NCBI GenBank assembly: GCA_964035545.1
Contig: OZ037766.1
Coordinates: 30,556,773-30,620,772, forward strand
From: Bugula neritina
Taxonomy: Eukaryota > Animalia > Bryozoa
Direction of reading: 5' to 3'
Length of the DNA: 64,000 nt
Shown: positions 1 through 29,700 of the stretch, in pieces
How positions within the stretch are numbered: position 1 is the first letter of the stretch
Layout: every line of letters starts with the position of its first letter
Translations under genes and position numbers: made by a program
The notes under the pieces: generated by a model
What the model saw: only the letters and a program-made list of their open reading frames with translations
Database searches by the model: none
What the model was told of the DNA's origin: nothing

Positions 1-380
1 AATACAGTAGACAAGGAAGTATGCATTGTAAATCAATAAATATTGAAATACATTGTGGCTCAAATATAACAACAAAAGCCTAATGAAACACACACTGCAG
101 TAATGTTATAATATACAACATACAACGTAGTAGCTTATGTTTATTGAACACACAACACAGGCATAAGTCTTGTAGCATTCAAATTACATGACATGCTGCC
201 ACATTTCAAACCAAAATGATGATGTCACAACAGAAGAAAGTAGCATGTACTGGACCTATCCCAACACAGCAAATTAACACGTAGCAAATAGTACTACTGT
301 TTGGAGATAAAAATTGCATACAGAATTAAAACCCCATAAACTTTGTGCAAAACTTGACGTGTCACTAATAACCAACTCAC

Positions 381-3300
381 ATTTTCCGCAACTGCTCATG
401 CTTTTGTGTCAAGGACTTTTGTAGCGAGGTGCAGGCTGACAGCACCCTTTGACCTCTAGACTTGAGAGCTGGGCCGTGAACAGTGAGTAGTTGAAGAGCC
501 CATTGAGTATAGTACTCGACGTGCGCCGAGCTGTCTAAATAGTGAGGTAATTTCTCTAGCAACTTGTCCACATATCGGTCAGGTATAGAGGAGATAACTA
601 CCGTAACTAAAATATATACATTATCTTCCATAGCATTAGTCATATCTTTCATAGTATTAGTTATATCTGTTTAAGTATTAGTCATATCTGTCATAGTATT
701 AGTCATATCTATCAATAAGCAGCTAGGATACACAAACACTAACACACATAATATTTAACACTGAATGAAATCCTGTATCATCACCGAAAGCCACGAGATG
801 ATACATTGGTCAAAAGTACAAAGTCTAGACGGTGTAATACATAGACTGACATAACGCCCTATACTCACTCTGGTCCAAAGGTGTAGACTCCAGAGCCTGT
901 TGTATCAGTTCCGTCACGTTCAGTCTAAGAGCCAACAGCAACGCCATACTGTACTCTCGCTCGGCCAACGCCTTCTTCATCACCTCTGGAGTCACCTCCA
1001 TTCCAAACTCAAAGGGGTCAAAGGTCAATGTGGAGTCAAGGGAATATATCAGCACACCTTCAGTGCTGGTGGCTGCCCACGATCTTCCTAATAAAACAAT
1101 GAAAGCTGCCGCGTGATACGGACTAGTACTAGTAGTACTACTACTACTACCACTACTACTACTACTAGCACTACTACTACCACTACTACTAGTACTGCCA
1201 CTACTACTGCTACTACTACTACTACTTTTACTACTACTACTACTACTACCAGTACTACTACTACCGTTACTACTACTACTACTACTGCTGATACTACTAC
1301 TACTACTACCAGTACTATTACTACTAGTACTACTATTACTACTAGTATCTGTCACCAACCAGTGGGAGAAAAGCTGACCGAACTGACTCTCAGCTCTGGT
1401 CGGTCTCTCCTTAGACTGAGATCTCCAGTTCTAACTCCAGGAAGGCCGGCCATTGTTTCGTCCCGTGTTTCTACTTGGTCCGCATTACCAGCTTCCGTCA
1501 TCTTGCGTTTATCAAGAAACTCCTAGACAACGGAGAACAGGCTGACACATGGAATAGACAAGCTTGCACTAAATGTACTTCAATACTATACTACATACTA
1601 CAGTACATACTACAGCACATACTACAAAACATACTACAGTGTAAACTACAATACATACTACACTGTAAACTACAATACATACTACGCTGTAAACTAAAAT
1701 ACATACTACAGTGTAAACTACAATACATCCTACAGCACATACTACAATACACACTACAGGATGTGAGTGTAAACATCACAATGGACTCACTTCTATGCCA
1801 TCCATTGAGAGGTTTTGAGTGATTTTGAACTTCTTAAGCAGAGCCTGGTCCTGAATGGAGAAGATGCAGACGTACGGACTTTGACCTGCTGCCAGTATTG
1901 ACTTGCCGTCTGCGGAGTACGCCAGGCAGGTGAAAGTACTACAGAGATTAACACGCTACATGGTAGAGTAAACCTGAACTACATGGTACAGTGAACTAAC
2001 ACAGGAAACCATGCTAAGACCATTTCAACCATGGCATGTCTTCTTAATAACTTCCATAACCTTTAACCTCAGATAAAGAAATAGTTGAATGAAAAGTGAA
2101 AGAGTAGCAGAACATAAATAGAAGTATCAGACGTATCAGCAGATGAGGCAACATAACAGGAACAGGAAATGTATTGAATGAGCGGAATCAGAACTCACTT
2201 GCTAGCCGATGCCTTCTTGGCGCTGACCGTCTCACTGGCCTTCCTGACGTACCCCAGATCTGCCCTGGCCTCTATGGAGTACTCCTGAGAGCATGTCTCG
2301 GTGTTGAAGAAAATGATGGCCCCCCGCAGAGTGGCGACGGCAATCTGCCTGCCGTCTGCCCGGTGAGCCACGGCCATACCGTCGCTGCTCAGCTGTATGC
2401 TCTCCTTGTTCCCCTTGCTGTCAAACACGTCCCACACCTTCACCGTGCTGTCCCAAGATACGCTGACCAAGATGGCCGCCACTGGACTGAATGATAGCGA
2501 CGGCACCGGAGCTTCGTGACCGGCGAGTATCTACAGGCAAAGCACCGACTGACCTTACAATAACCTTTACATGGAGTCAAATGCATCTTCTAACCTTCTT
2601 TTATGATGAATCAATAGATAAGGAAAGAGCATCACTGCCTGTGAACTAATAAACTGACAGTGCATGTTCAATGCTTCTAGCCAACAGAATATAAGACTAA
2701 GAGGGTGGGTGGAGCCAATCAACTTCCTGCCATAACGGAGAGAATAGAAAGATTACCAACCTCCAGGAGTTTCCCGGTTTGTATCGACCAGACGAAGATA
2801 TCAAACACATCTCTACCTCCAGCACAGACGAGCTCGCCACTGGGATCCACAGCTAAACACCCAAACTGCACCTGGCGGGGTGACGTGAAGGTGCGGAAAT
2901 TTCGGTATCTGCAGACAGAATAGAAAGATAAGAAAACAATTGTTTCATGAAAATGTTATAACAAACAACCTAATGAATATGTGTGAGAGTTACTATGGTT
3001 GCAGAACTTTAGCCCTATCTCTGTAGAAAGACAGCCAGACCAGTGTGAGATAGCGCCGAGGGAACCAGTTGCTCACCTGTGAAGGTCGAAAGCTCTCACT
3101 GTACCATCTAGAGATGACGAGACTATAGATTTCCCATTCTTAGTGAAGGTAACTCCAGTAATGCCTCCAGTGTGCTCAATAAACGTTACGAAACAGAACC
3201 CGTTGCTGCTGTTCCACACCTTTACCTACAGATATACAGGTAAATACTGTACACTACTACACTACACTGTACACTACTACACTACACTGTACACTACTAC

Positions 3301-6300
3301 ACTGTACACTACTACACTGTATACTACTACACTGTACACTACTACACTGTATACTACTACGCTGCACACTACTACACTGTATACTACTACACTGTATACT
3401 ACTACACTGTATACTACTACACTGTATACTACTACACTGTATACTACTACACTGTATACTACTACACTGTATACTACTACACTGTATACTACTACACTAC
3501 ACTGTATACTACTACACTACACTGTATACTACTACACTACACTGTATACTACTACACTACACTGTATACTACTACACTACACTGTACACTACTACACTGT
3601 ATACTATTACACTACACTGTATACTACTACACTGTATACTACTACACTGTATACTACTACACTGTATACTACTACACTGTATACTACTACACTGTATACT
3701 ACTACACTGTACACTACTACACTGTATACTACTACACTGTATACTACTACACTGTATACTACTACACTGTATACTACTACACTGTACACTACTACACTGT
3801 ATACTACTACACTGTATACTACTACACTGTATACTACTACACTACACCTTGTGATCATTTCCTCCCGTCACGAGATACTGGCCGTCAGGCGAGTGGTCCA
3901 CACAAGACATGACATCAAAGTGACCTTGCTGTTTCATGATGTACGTCTCGCTCTGCCACTCCCAGACGACGAGCTGGCCGGACTCGGAGCACCCCACAGC
4001 CAGCCAATCACCAGTGGAGTTGAAGCTGATGGTGCTGATGGCCTGGTCTCCGAGACTGAGAGAGAGGATGTGGGTGAAGGAGGGCATCTCATGCAGGTAG
4101 AACGAGCCATCTGTCAGACCCGTCACAAGTATCCCTGTCTGCTTGTGAAACGTCACGGCACTGACGAAACAATATGACCTTGAACTTGACCTGGAATACA
4201 ATAACGAGGTCACATGACCTTGGAGAACACCGCTAAAGGTCACAGCAACAGTGAACACAACTCAATTATAAGAGTATATTAAATTCAACAACTGAATACA
4301 TATTACATCACGGAACAATTTAAAGTCTTCAGATATGAATCAAGATGGTGAGCAGAGTAAATATTATTCAGGGGGCGACTTTGCAAACACCAGTATTACT
4401 TAGAAATGAACGTATCATGAGAGAGGTCGCCAGACATGCAACTATGAAACTATTATAGTGTAGTGTTGGTGTATTGACATACACATCAATAGGAACAATA
4501 GGAAACAGAAAGCTCAACAAATTCACACAACCATTTTTAAAATTGACTGAAGATATTTCAGTAAAAAAGTCATTTACAAGCAGTCATAGATTCAGTCATG
4601 ACTGGAGGATATATAACTATTGTATGCAGACATTGTAACGGGCATAAAATTTGAAATCTTTGGAAATTCTATATAGCCTTTAATTTTACAATTCCATTGC
4701 AGCCCACATAAACATTGTTGAACATTGTATATTTCGGGAAAACCTGCAAGTTATGTTATAAGAGACCATTTTAAATAACATTTAAAATGCCAGATTTCGA
4801 TCTTCTAATAAAACGCTAGCTATGCCCCCTTCCCCCCTCTTTTGCAGACAAACTTACTCTTCAGCTCGCTTAGCTATTGCGTCATTCAGTGAGAAAACTG
4901 CTTTCTTTGTGTACTTCACTTTCTCTGCTTCCTCGTCCCTCTTACCTAGAGGCACAGGTATATATTATACAGCACTACTAGATAGGTAAGGTGGTACATG
5001 GTATAATATACAGCACTACTAGATAGGTAAGGTGGTACATGGTATAATATACAGCACTGCTAGATAGATATGGTGGTACATGGTATATTATACAGCACTA
5101 CTAGATAGGTAAGGTGGTACATAGTATAATATACAGCACTGCTAGATAGGTAAGGTGGTACATGGTATAATATACAGCACTGCTAGATAGGTAAGGTGGT
5201 ACATGGTATAATATACAGCACTGCTAGATAGGTAAGGTGGTACATGGTATAATATACAGCACTGCTAGATAGGTAAGGTGGTACATGGTATGTAATATAC
5301 ATTACTGCTAGATAGGTGGATATTAAACCATCTCTAACTCTTAACACAACTACATCATAATATATAGAATTGTTAAAGATTATTAGGATCTGGCCATTGT
5401 TTTTAGGAACAAGAAGACAACTTCAAAATGTCATGATAATTATGCATCTACATTATTAGAACTATTATTGAAATATTCACTGAGGCAAAGCATTTGTTAA
5501 CAAAAAGATAATGTTGCATTACTATTATTGCAGTACGAATTGAAATGTAGATGAATGGACACACTTTAGAAACTGTAGACATGCAATATTTAGACTTCGA
5601 TCCTACATCTATTAATAATTGTAGTTCTTTAGACCTAATCTTACAGCTAAGTGTATAGAGAAAAGTAGTAAAGTTTGTGTATATTTACTTGAAGACGTGA
5701 GTTGAGAGAGTTCATGAGTGGATTTCCAATAACAGATATTGCGGTCATGTGACACTGAGATCACCTGGTAACATCTGCTAGGGAAGACAACTCTAAAATT
5801 GCTTGTAATTACTTAGTTTAATATTACTAACCCCCTCCCCCTCAACTACTGTAGATGTACACCCTTAGCTCATTTGCACAACCCGCTGTATATAATCACA
5901 TCAACATAGCAACTGATGCTGGGAGCAAATGCTAAACAATGTCACCGAGATAATATTCTAACAGAACCCAAAGCAAGAGATTTGAGGCTGTATATCAAAG
6001 TATATTAAAAGCTGAGACAAACAGTAGGAAAGGATACGTCTAGACTGTTGTTTAGAAAGAAGCTGCCAACGATGGCGTCCCTGTGACCACCCATACTGTA
6101 TATGACAAGCTGGTCTAGTTTCTCGGCACCGTAGATCCGTGTATTCATGTCGTTAGACCCGACACACAACACCCTGGAATTATAAACAGTCAAATATAGT
6201 AATGAGTAAATATGTTGCTTGGTAGTGACAATATAGTGCAGTACGAAACATTTAAGTTCTGATATTTTTACTATACAGAGTATGGCTATGTATTCTACAT

Positions 6301-8284
6301 CCTAGTACTTAATATAATGAGCTTCAGACTTTCCACACATTGAATTACTCATAACGTGTATAATTCAATAACGTCACAGCAATTCCAACACCAAGTTAAC
6401 CTGGTCAAATTGATAGCTGTAGCTTGTACAAGTCACAATGCCTTCAGTATCACCCAATAAGCAGCTATCCAAGAGACAAACAGCTTATTGGCAGCTCATG
6501 TATTAGCAGCATGTAAAATACCACCACAGTGTAACCAGACTACAAGCTGTGCTGCCGCAGTCAGCATTGCATCACCCACCTTGAGTCAGACGTCCAGTCT
6601 ATACACGTCAGCTCATCATATGCCCCGTAGAACGTCTTGAGGAGAATGAACGGGTTGAATGTCTTGGAGTAGCCGGGAGATTGAAAAAGAAGCACGTTGT
6701 TGCCCTTGGTTACGGCAAACTTCCTGTAATAACAGTTAGATACTGCATCAGAGAGCAACAGCTAATGCGTTGATTCTCCAACAGTTTTACATGTCACGAT
6801 TGTACATCTAATAAAATGCAAAATCAAAGCACACAAAGCAATGTGCATGCAGGGAACCACACTCACAGTGTATACTGCAGGTAAATTCAACACATGGCTT
6901 ACTAGTAGTAAAACTTACCTGCCGTCTGGGCTAAACTGGACACAGTTGATTGGCTGAGAGAAATGGTAACGGCTAATTATTGATTTATTCAAGAGAGAAC
7001 ACAAATAACCTTCACCCTCTACAAAATATAGTGAAGAGAATATTTTCTCTTCTCTCTTGTAAAAGTATTTTGCCTTCTAGCACTCTGTAAGTTGCTAGAG
7101 AACTTAAGCCTCTCTCCACCTAGTCAAGTTGGCTAGTAAGTACAGTATAATAAGAGGGATTTCAACAAAGAATTATCTAGACATCAAATGCACCACATGA
7201 AGTTACAAAAGAACGATACAGTCGTCCAAGTCGCATATTATATTTTCATAGTTAGTCAGGTGAATTGAAAAACCTCAAGCTTACTAATACAAACGGCATT
7301 AAGATTACAGAGTACATGTTGTATATCAAATGATAAGTGTTAGATGATATATACTATGCTGCATATCAATTATTAGATTAGTACCAGATGGTAAATATTA
7401 TGTTGTATATCAGTGAGATTAGTACTAGATGGTAAATATTATGCTGTATATCAGTGAGTTTAGTACCAGATGGTAAATATTAAGTCAGTTAATACTCACA
7501 TATACATGACTACAGAAAAACGTACCTTCATTCACCAGCAACATGAGGTTTCCATTCGGAGACAGACCAACTGTTGTTATGTTGAGCTTACTTTCTAGTG
7601 GCAGAGTCTCAGACTTGTTACTATGACAACCACACAACAATTACTGTGTATTCGATTACAATAGAAACATTACCTACTAATGAACAGCCAGACTAGTACC
7701 TGAGAGAGGTGTACTTGGTGAAATACAGCTAAACTCTATTTTCCAAGTTGTACTATTTTTACAGCAAACAGAGACATACAAGCCACTATCAAGACGCATA
7801 CTAAACAATATCATAGGAATTACTTTTTTAAGTCAAATGCTGATATCCTGTTACCAACGGGGCTAATGAGTACATTTCCATCTGGAGAGAAGACCAGATT
7901 TCCTTTCTTGTAGACAGTACCGAGGAGATTGGAGAACTACAACATGTGATTATCCTTGGATATAGTGGCTATATATAGTGGTTATATGTAATATTTATAT
8001 GTATTGGTTATATGCAGTGGTTAGTATAATGCAATGGTTATATGCAGTGAGTTACAGCGGTTCAGTCCAGGGAAATTCTAATGAAACTGACAATTTTTTG
8101 TGTATAGTCATATAGTTTGTATTTCAAAAGCTTAGTCTAGCATTTAATTTAAATTTCATCATAATTATACTTAAAGAAGTTGTAAAATAATATCTGAATT
8201 ACGTTAAGTTACTAATTTATTGCAGCGGCATAGATCAAATATAAGAACTATACTGTCTCTACTTACCTTATACGAGAACTTCAT
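381..8284 (-). CDS. PWP2: Periodic tryptophan protein 2 homolog (UTP1, WD40 subunit of the SSU processome UTP-B); 16 coding exons seen, final exon probably outside the window
   Basis: Exons (minus strand, all GT-AG, frame-consistent): 8267-8284, 7824-7936, 7526-7620, 6919-7018, 6580-6723, 6038-6173, 5689-5764, 4858-4945, 3848-4190, 3077-3225, 2761-2908, 2199-2530, 1791-1938, 1360-1522, 869-1087, 381-606. Spliced protein starts MKFSYKFSNLLGTVYKKGNLVFSPDGNVLISPVGNRISAFDLKNNKSETLP and contains GQLVVWEWQSETYIMKQQGH, SSLDGTVRAFDLHRYRNFRTFTSP and FSPTGRSWAATSTEGVLIYS, all recognisable PWP2 motifs. The 381-606 exon ends at a GT donor, so the gene is 3'-incomplete here. Confidence 0.97.
630..712. repeat. 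~21-bp tandem repeat (TAGTATTAGTCATATCTGTCA-like), about 4 copies, intronic
   Basis: Repeated units visible in the PWP2 intron 607-868. Confidence 0.75.
1122..1346. repeat. (ACT)n trinucleotide microsatellite in a PWP2 intron
   Basis: Direct reading; it explains the poly-Ser and poly-Thr ORFs. Confidence 0.95.
1580..1758. repeat. 12/24-bp minisatellite (ACTACAATACATACTACAGTGTAA-like) in a PWP2 intron
   Basis: Direct reading; it gives spurious LQYI/CSMY-repeat ORFs. Confidence 0.9.
3245..3847. repeat. 15-bp minisatellite (ACTGTATACTACTAC)n filling almost all of PWP2 intron 3226-3847
   Basis: About 40 units, some with a 5-bp insertion; the array reaches the splice donor. Confidence 0.97.
4957..5320. 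repeat. 41-bp minisatellite (TATACAGCACTGCTAGATAGGTAAGGTGGTACATGGTATAA), about 9 copies
   Basis: CAGCACT recurs at 5011, 5052, 5093, 5134, 5175, 5216, 5257; the array abuts the acceptor of exon 4858-4945. Confidence 0.95.
7315..7482. repeat. Degenerate 41-bp tandem repeat, about 4 copies, intronic
   Basis: GTAC(C/T)AGATGGTAAATATTA recurs at 7381, 7422, 7463. Confidence 0.8.
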
Positions 8285-10741
8285 TATTCTGTTTGATACT
8301 CAATATTGCAGTAGATGTGACACTAGATTATTATTACATGACTGTACAGTTTGCTCTAAAAATAAGTTGATTTAGTAAAATCAGTGCGCCAAAAAAAAAC
8401 ATAGATATCAAACATGGAATTATAAAACTGGGCACATCGTAGGATCATCATAGGCTCATAAACTGAAAATAACAAATGAGTTAACTAAATATCAGTAGTA
8501 TTTAGAGATTCAAACTAAACCCCTCACCTGACATGATTTCAGATAAGCTATGAACAATGTGTGAATACTGAATAGTGTCACAATGATTTACTCAGGGCCT
8601 TAATTAAGTGTATATGATTAACAATAAAAACACCTATTGGGTGCCTTTCCCTTCCTAAACCTCGATAATAGATTTTCTAATACAACTAAAGACTATATGT
8701 AATAATAATAATAATGTGACACAGAAGAAAGCATGACCTAGTGGACACTAGTGCTGCGCGCTGATTACTAGACCACCACTGCTTATTATTAACATTGCTG
8801 TAATTCATAATCATACTGATTCTGAAATTCAACTTTAACTTAAACTTAGTTAATGTTATCACTGTCTCAGTTGCACAAAGTCATGCTACTGTGAAAAAAG
8901 TCATCACAGTGACAATTTGAGGTACTACTAAACATAAATTATTATTAGATTTCTTATTTTATTGATATTCATATTAATTATTATGATGATCATCATGATG
9001 ATCATCATATCCATTATTCACTATGATTAACTTTAGGAATATGATAGTCATATTGATAACTGATGAGTATATCTAATATTAGCCTAATATTGTACTTAAA
9101 ATTAATAATTTATTGAAATATAAATTTATGTTAAACAAAATTTATAATTCCAATAGTAATACTAATTGTAAAAGTTAAACTAAAAATCCAAGCCTGACAA
9201 ACTGCAACCATCACCAAGTGTCAAGTGACCATGTCCCTTGTGATTGTCTCATAGTCATTGTGATGCGATTGAGTTTGACTGGTAGTGGTACCCGTACTCA
9301 TACTGGTAGTCAAGCAACTGCCATTGTGATTGTGATACTGATTGTTATACTGATAGTGATACTCACACTGAGTTCTGGTTCATACTTATTGAATGAGTCA
9401 TTATGATTATGATACTGATAGTAGTGATAGTGATAATTACAAACTCGAAGCAATAGTGTAAGTGATATCAATACCTAGACTAAAAATGAATATGATAGTG
9501 AATGTGATACCCATACTGATAGTGATTGTTATAGTCATACTCATACTCATAGTCATAGTGAATCAGAATGAGAATCGGAATGTCAACTCACAACTGACAC
9601 TCACAGCTCAGTCTCACACTGTCAGTGCACGGTCACCTTAAACTATTTAAAGACACGCAATGTAACCGTAGAAATACTTAATAGCTGTGAAATTCATTAC
9701 TTGTGAGGTTTAACTTAAATGCCCCGACAGCTCACTCAATACTGCTGCGCTTAGTTGTAAAAGTTTTGGAGTCACGAATATTTGTTATGAACATGCCTTC
9801 TTTTGTGTCAAGGTCGCGGGTGACATAAAAGTATAGCCTAATAAAATCAGGTTATGTCCGTCGGCTTTTCGTTTAATGAGGATAAATTCGAAAGGCACAT
9901 TTAAAAAACACATTTAAGAAAGACAACTCTCAATAGCTTGTTGCAATGCACTCCATAACCGTAGATATTGCAACATCATAATTATGATTTATATGAAAAA
10001 CTAACATCAAAATTATTGCTCAGGATTTGATTAATTTAAAATACTATGTACCAAGCAACTATCATAAACTGCTTTTGCAAGACGTGTCTATAGGCTATAA
10101 TAGTTTTAAATAATATAAAACTAAGATCGTTACTGAAGTGCAGCTAAAAAATGAATATAGAGCTTTTTTTGTCCACTCAGAAATTTCTCAAAGTTTTAGT
10201 AAAATTATTGATTACAATTAACGTTGTGATGTATTTTGTGAAATTAGAATATCAGAAAACAAAAATAGTGTAAACCTTCAAAATGTTGAACTATATATTC
10301 CATGTTGACTACATTATGTAAGTGACGTTATTGGTGATCTAACATCACTGTAAGTATGTAACACTTTGCGTAAAGTCAATTCTAGTAAGGAGAAATTAGA
10401 AATTAAAATTTAATTGCATAAGTATCTCGCATTAAACAGAAATTTCTGACTCCAATTGAAACTTTTAAAACTGTGATATTTAAAAAAATTAGTCTTACAA
10501 TAATTACCACAGCAAAATACCATAGGATAGCTATATATATAGTTGCTTGTGTATGTGATTAAAAATCTATTTTTATAAAATTCTGTAACAAAATAACCAT
10601 TTATAGTACATAACAGAAGCAGATTGTGTATTATAGCATACAATAATTTAGATGTGAGATGAAGTAATTGTTGCCCCCAAAGTAAACTCCCTACATACTG
10701 CTACTATAAGTATAACAGACTATAGTCAGACTAACATCACT

Positions 10742-25666
<14,925 letters not shown>

Positions 25667-25795
25667 TAAATGCGTGTGAATCTTATTCTTATAAGACTGA
25701 GCCTTCAGATTAATGCTTCTCATTGAGTCTGGCAATCCCTACTTCTAGAGAACGTTTTTAAAAGTTATGACGTGTTTATTGGGTTTATTTGCTAA

Positions 25796-25801
25796 AATAA
25801 A
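25796..25801 (+). promoter_or_regulatory. Candidate polyadenylation signal AATAAA for R1
   Basis: 130 bp after the stop; the homologous AATAAA is kept in the duplicated block at 37847-37852. Confidence 0.4.
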
Positions 25802-26722
25802 ATGATACATGCTTTAAAACTAATTTTTTATGTATAAAAACAAAAATTGAAATACAGCATGATTAGGTCATAGGAAAAAAATGTTAGATATTGTTAAATA
25901 TAAAGCTCTCTGTGCATTTAAATTAATACATATACTAAACTTTTTAGGTAATATTTCTATTTTCTTTAATTTTTGCCTAGAAACTCAAGTTGATTGCATC
26001 TTTTTACTTCATGACTTTCTCAGCAATATAATAACTTTTAACTCTGAGTTTTAAGCACATATATTAACACAATCATAACACATTATTATAAATATTTGCA
26101 GTATTATTATTCTAATGCCATTTAACTAAAGGTCTATCGAATGAACGTGTATTTTTTTAGATTCAATCAACTTATAGTGTTTACAGCAATTTTGTATATC
26201 AGGAAATCTCTCAGTAAAATATCTTTAAATGTAATTGTTATATCTTTTACTTAGTCTCATTATAGCTGCTTTCTTGTGCTTTACTCAATTTAGGGAGTGA
26301 AATCATTCTTCTTTAAGCCTTCTGCTCCTATACTTTGAGAAAAATGCATGATTGAGTTCTATCGCGCAGAGCTTATGACAATCATACTGTTGGTACTCAA
26401 GCTATGTTACACAAGTCAGCTGCAAATACCATGCAGTGTGATAACTGCTTTTATGGTGATTCCTTATTCTTTCATTGCAGTTATAGAACTATCAAAACCT
26501 TATTTGTCAAGGGTAATGGGAGTTACCTAATTCTAAACTAGTAAAAAACTTTTTGCACGCAACAGTCTATATAGTCACTAAAAACTACCGTCTTTTATTG
26601 TCGAGAAACAGCAACTCCAATATATAAAATATATATGTAATTAGCTGAATGTTAATTTAACAAGTAAATCATTGTTGGTATTGAAGAAAAGTTAGATAAC
26701 TTAAAAAGTAAAAAATTTAGCA

Positions 26723-29700
26723 ATGAATTTAAATATAATTAAATTTCGCTTTATTTTCTGCAGCATTTACTTTTTGAAAGTTCAAAGCCAAACTCTTGAA
26801 GGTAGGCGTTCCGAGAAGTGTTAAAATGCAATTTTTTTTAATGTAAAAGTATTATTTAATTGTTAACCACTTTACCCTTTAACCTTGCTGCCACTCGATT
26901 CTAAAAACATTCTAAAAGCAGACACAAAAGTAAAAGGAATTAGTTATATTTTGTAAAATTTAAATAATGATGTGGTATATCGCAATCTCAAACTTGACTC
27001 TTATAAGAAACATAATGGGTGAATCTTAAGGCTTTACAACCACATTTAGCAACTTTCATTTTAAATGGCTATTTCGATTTAGTTAGCAAAGCAGTGTTTA
27101 ATTTATAGTTTCTTTGCAAATGTGAGCATTAAAAATGCAATCGGTCAATAATTTAGACATTGATGTTTTTATTATTATTAAAAAAAGTTTCTATAAGAAT
27201 AAATAGAATCTGCAGTAGCTAGTTACTAAAAAAGACTTGAACAAATGAAGTGTTTGTAGAACTGATGAATCAAGTGTGCGATGGTCAGACTGTTGATAGC
27301 TCAACAATAGAAATACTATATCCAGCCAGTGCCCTAGTGGATTACTATAATAATCTTTACAACTACAATTGTAAATATGTTCTCGGAAACTTGTTTCTAG
27401 TGGCTGATCAAACTTATAGATTTGTTCAATCATCTGCATATATACAGAGATTAATTGATGTTTCTGGTTCTGTGACTGTTGGGGCTTATACTAAAGGGAC
27501 AAGTGGTGGTACGATACCTCCAATCTTACCAGAACTCACTACAGTAGGTGGTAACTTGACTTTACAGTACGTTAGCCTAAACTCTACTGAAGGAATTGGA
27601 TTTAGACATCTTAGAGGTGAGCAAAGATTTACCCCAAACACAACATATGCTATCAAGGATTTCACTAACAACGTGGTGATCTGGTCAACATGCAAGTTAT
27701 CACTAAACTTGCATGTGGCTTGCATGTGTCAACATTTGGTTGTTGAAGCAAAAATTTACAACTATTCAGGTTGTTAATTGTTGTTAGAATATAAGCCATC
27801 TATGTATACCTGTAATATATTCTTTCCTATTATAACATTGAATTACGCCATCTCTAACTGACTTCACTATAGTTTACTATACTCATACTTGAAAATGATG
27901 ACACTGAAACTTGTGTTTTATTTAAGGGCTTTATTTTTTATGACAAAGAAGTTTCTGGTGGAAGCATTTCTATAAAGGCTAACAACTGCTTTGACCACAA
28001 AACAGATTGGTCCAAAATAAAAGCATCAGGACAAATAGATATCAATGTTGCATCATGCAGTTCAGGTGGGTAAATGCACATGTTTATTAAAAGTAAAATA
28101 CTTTAGACTCGCATGCATTATATAATCAAATAAACAAAACTATTCCCTTTTAATTCAAAAAAGTTGATTTCTGTAAAAAAAATCCATAATTGAAAATATT
28201 ATTCTTTCAAAGATACTTCTGTATAGGAGAGTGTCATTCTTCTTGTCTGGGAAACAACTGCTGGGGACCAGATGCAGAAGACTGTCAAATAGACTTTACA
28301 AACTGTCATCCAAGTTGTACTACTGGCTGTTATCATAACACAGCAAATCATTGTTGTCATGAGAGTTGTCTCACCGGATGTAGAGGACCAGCTGAAGCTG
28401 ACTGTCTCAGAGTAGGTGTCTGGTGCTGAAAAATAAATTAATAAAATAAAATACTGTACAGTCAAATTGATTCAAACACTATAATCATCTCAAAGTTTAT
28501 AGCTGCCCTGCGAGATTAATTATTGCTCTGTAGTTTAGAGGTTGCTCTGGGTTCTACATGTTCCCATCTGGTGCTTGTGTTGAAAACTGTTCTCAAGTTC
28601 ATCCAGAGAAAGTTTATGATATTCTCTCTAATGAGTTTGTTGATCATCCTAACAGACATTACAGTATCAAGGATAAGTTCTGCGTAAATGAATGTCCAGG
28701 TATTTTAAATGCAAGGGTAAAGTACAATAATATTTTCATATATACATAAAATTTTTACGTGAATTAGAAATAATCAAACATATCTGTTTTTTGTCGCTTT
28801 AAAACTTGTTTTCCAGAGTTGAGGGTTTTTTCAATTATAGCAATTAGTTTTTAAATTATCTATCACACTGGCATGAAAAGTATATAATATATATAGTGAC
28901 TTTTTATATATATTCACTTCTGATCTAATAACACTGCAGCTGTGTATTTTAGAGGGAATAGATCAAACTGCAGCTACCAACAGCTCGAGTGTGTGTGAAA
29001 GGTGGATAAGTGGGACAAGAGTCGTCTTCTCTTCAAACAATGCTATCACATCTGATTCATCTAAAGTGTTTATTGGATTGAAAGAGAGTTATGGGTATTG
29101 GTCAGTTAAACTTAAAGGTAGCCTTAGATTTTACTACGCTATAGTTGAAAGGGGGACCACTAGAGATTCTGCAGGATGTCTCAATATTTCTGGTTAGTCT
29201 AACTCTAACTTGCTCAGTTTCCCATTTTTGAGGCTGCATGATAGTTGTGGGCTGCAATCACCAGCCTTCACAAATTGTGGATCTGGTCGCATTGCTGGAA
29301 TATAATAATAATATGATATAATAATATAATATAAACCACAACTTATATTTAACATGTATGTTTAAGCCAATCTAAAACTATTTATTACTCATTAATTGAC
29401 TGCTACAATGGGATTTCATGTTTTCTTATGAACAAAGTAAGTCATGAGTAGTTTTTCAAAACTAGGTTTTTAATTTAAATGTTGAAAGCACTGAAAATTT
29501 TCATTTTAGGCTAATATGTTGCTGCATTTAAAAAACAAAACTGTATATAAAAATGCAGCGTACCTATTTTTAAAATTTTTACACACATGCACTTACACAT
29601 CTGAATTTATGGTTTTCCGGTATCTTGGTCTAATGCTGACTTATTTAAAGACAAATATTTGTTTAACAAAACATCCCCAACTACACAATGTATTTGTAGG

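Noticed and set aside
1113-1526. Poly-Thr ORF (+) and poly-Ser N-terminus of ORF 825-1358 (-) as mucin-like proteins
   Set aside because: Translations of the intronic (ACT)n repeat; only 869-1087 is a real PWP2 exon.
3143-4177. 344-aa LYTTT-repeat ORF
   Set aside because: Antisense to PWP2 exons and running through a 15-bp minisatellite with no stop in that frame.
4957-5320. 41-bp repeats as a CRISPR array
   Set aside because: Head-to-tail repeats with no unique spacers, inside a eukaryotic intron, and no cas genes.
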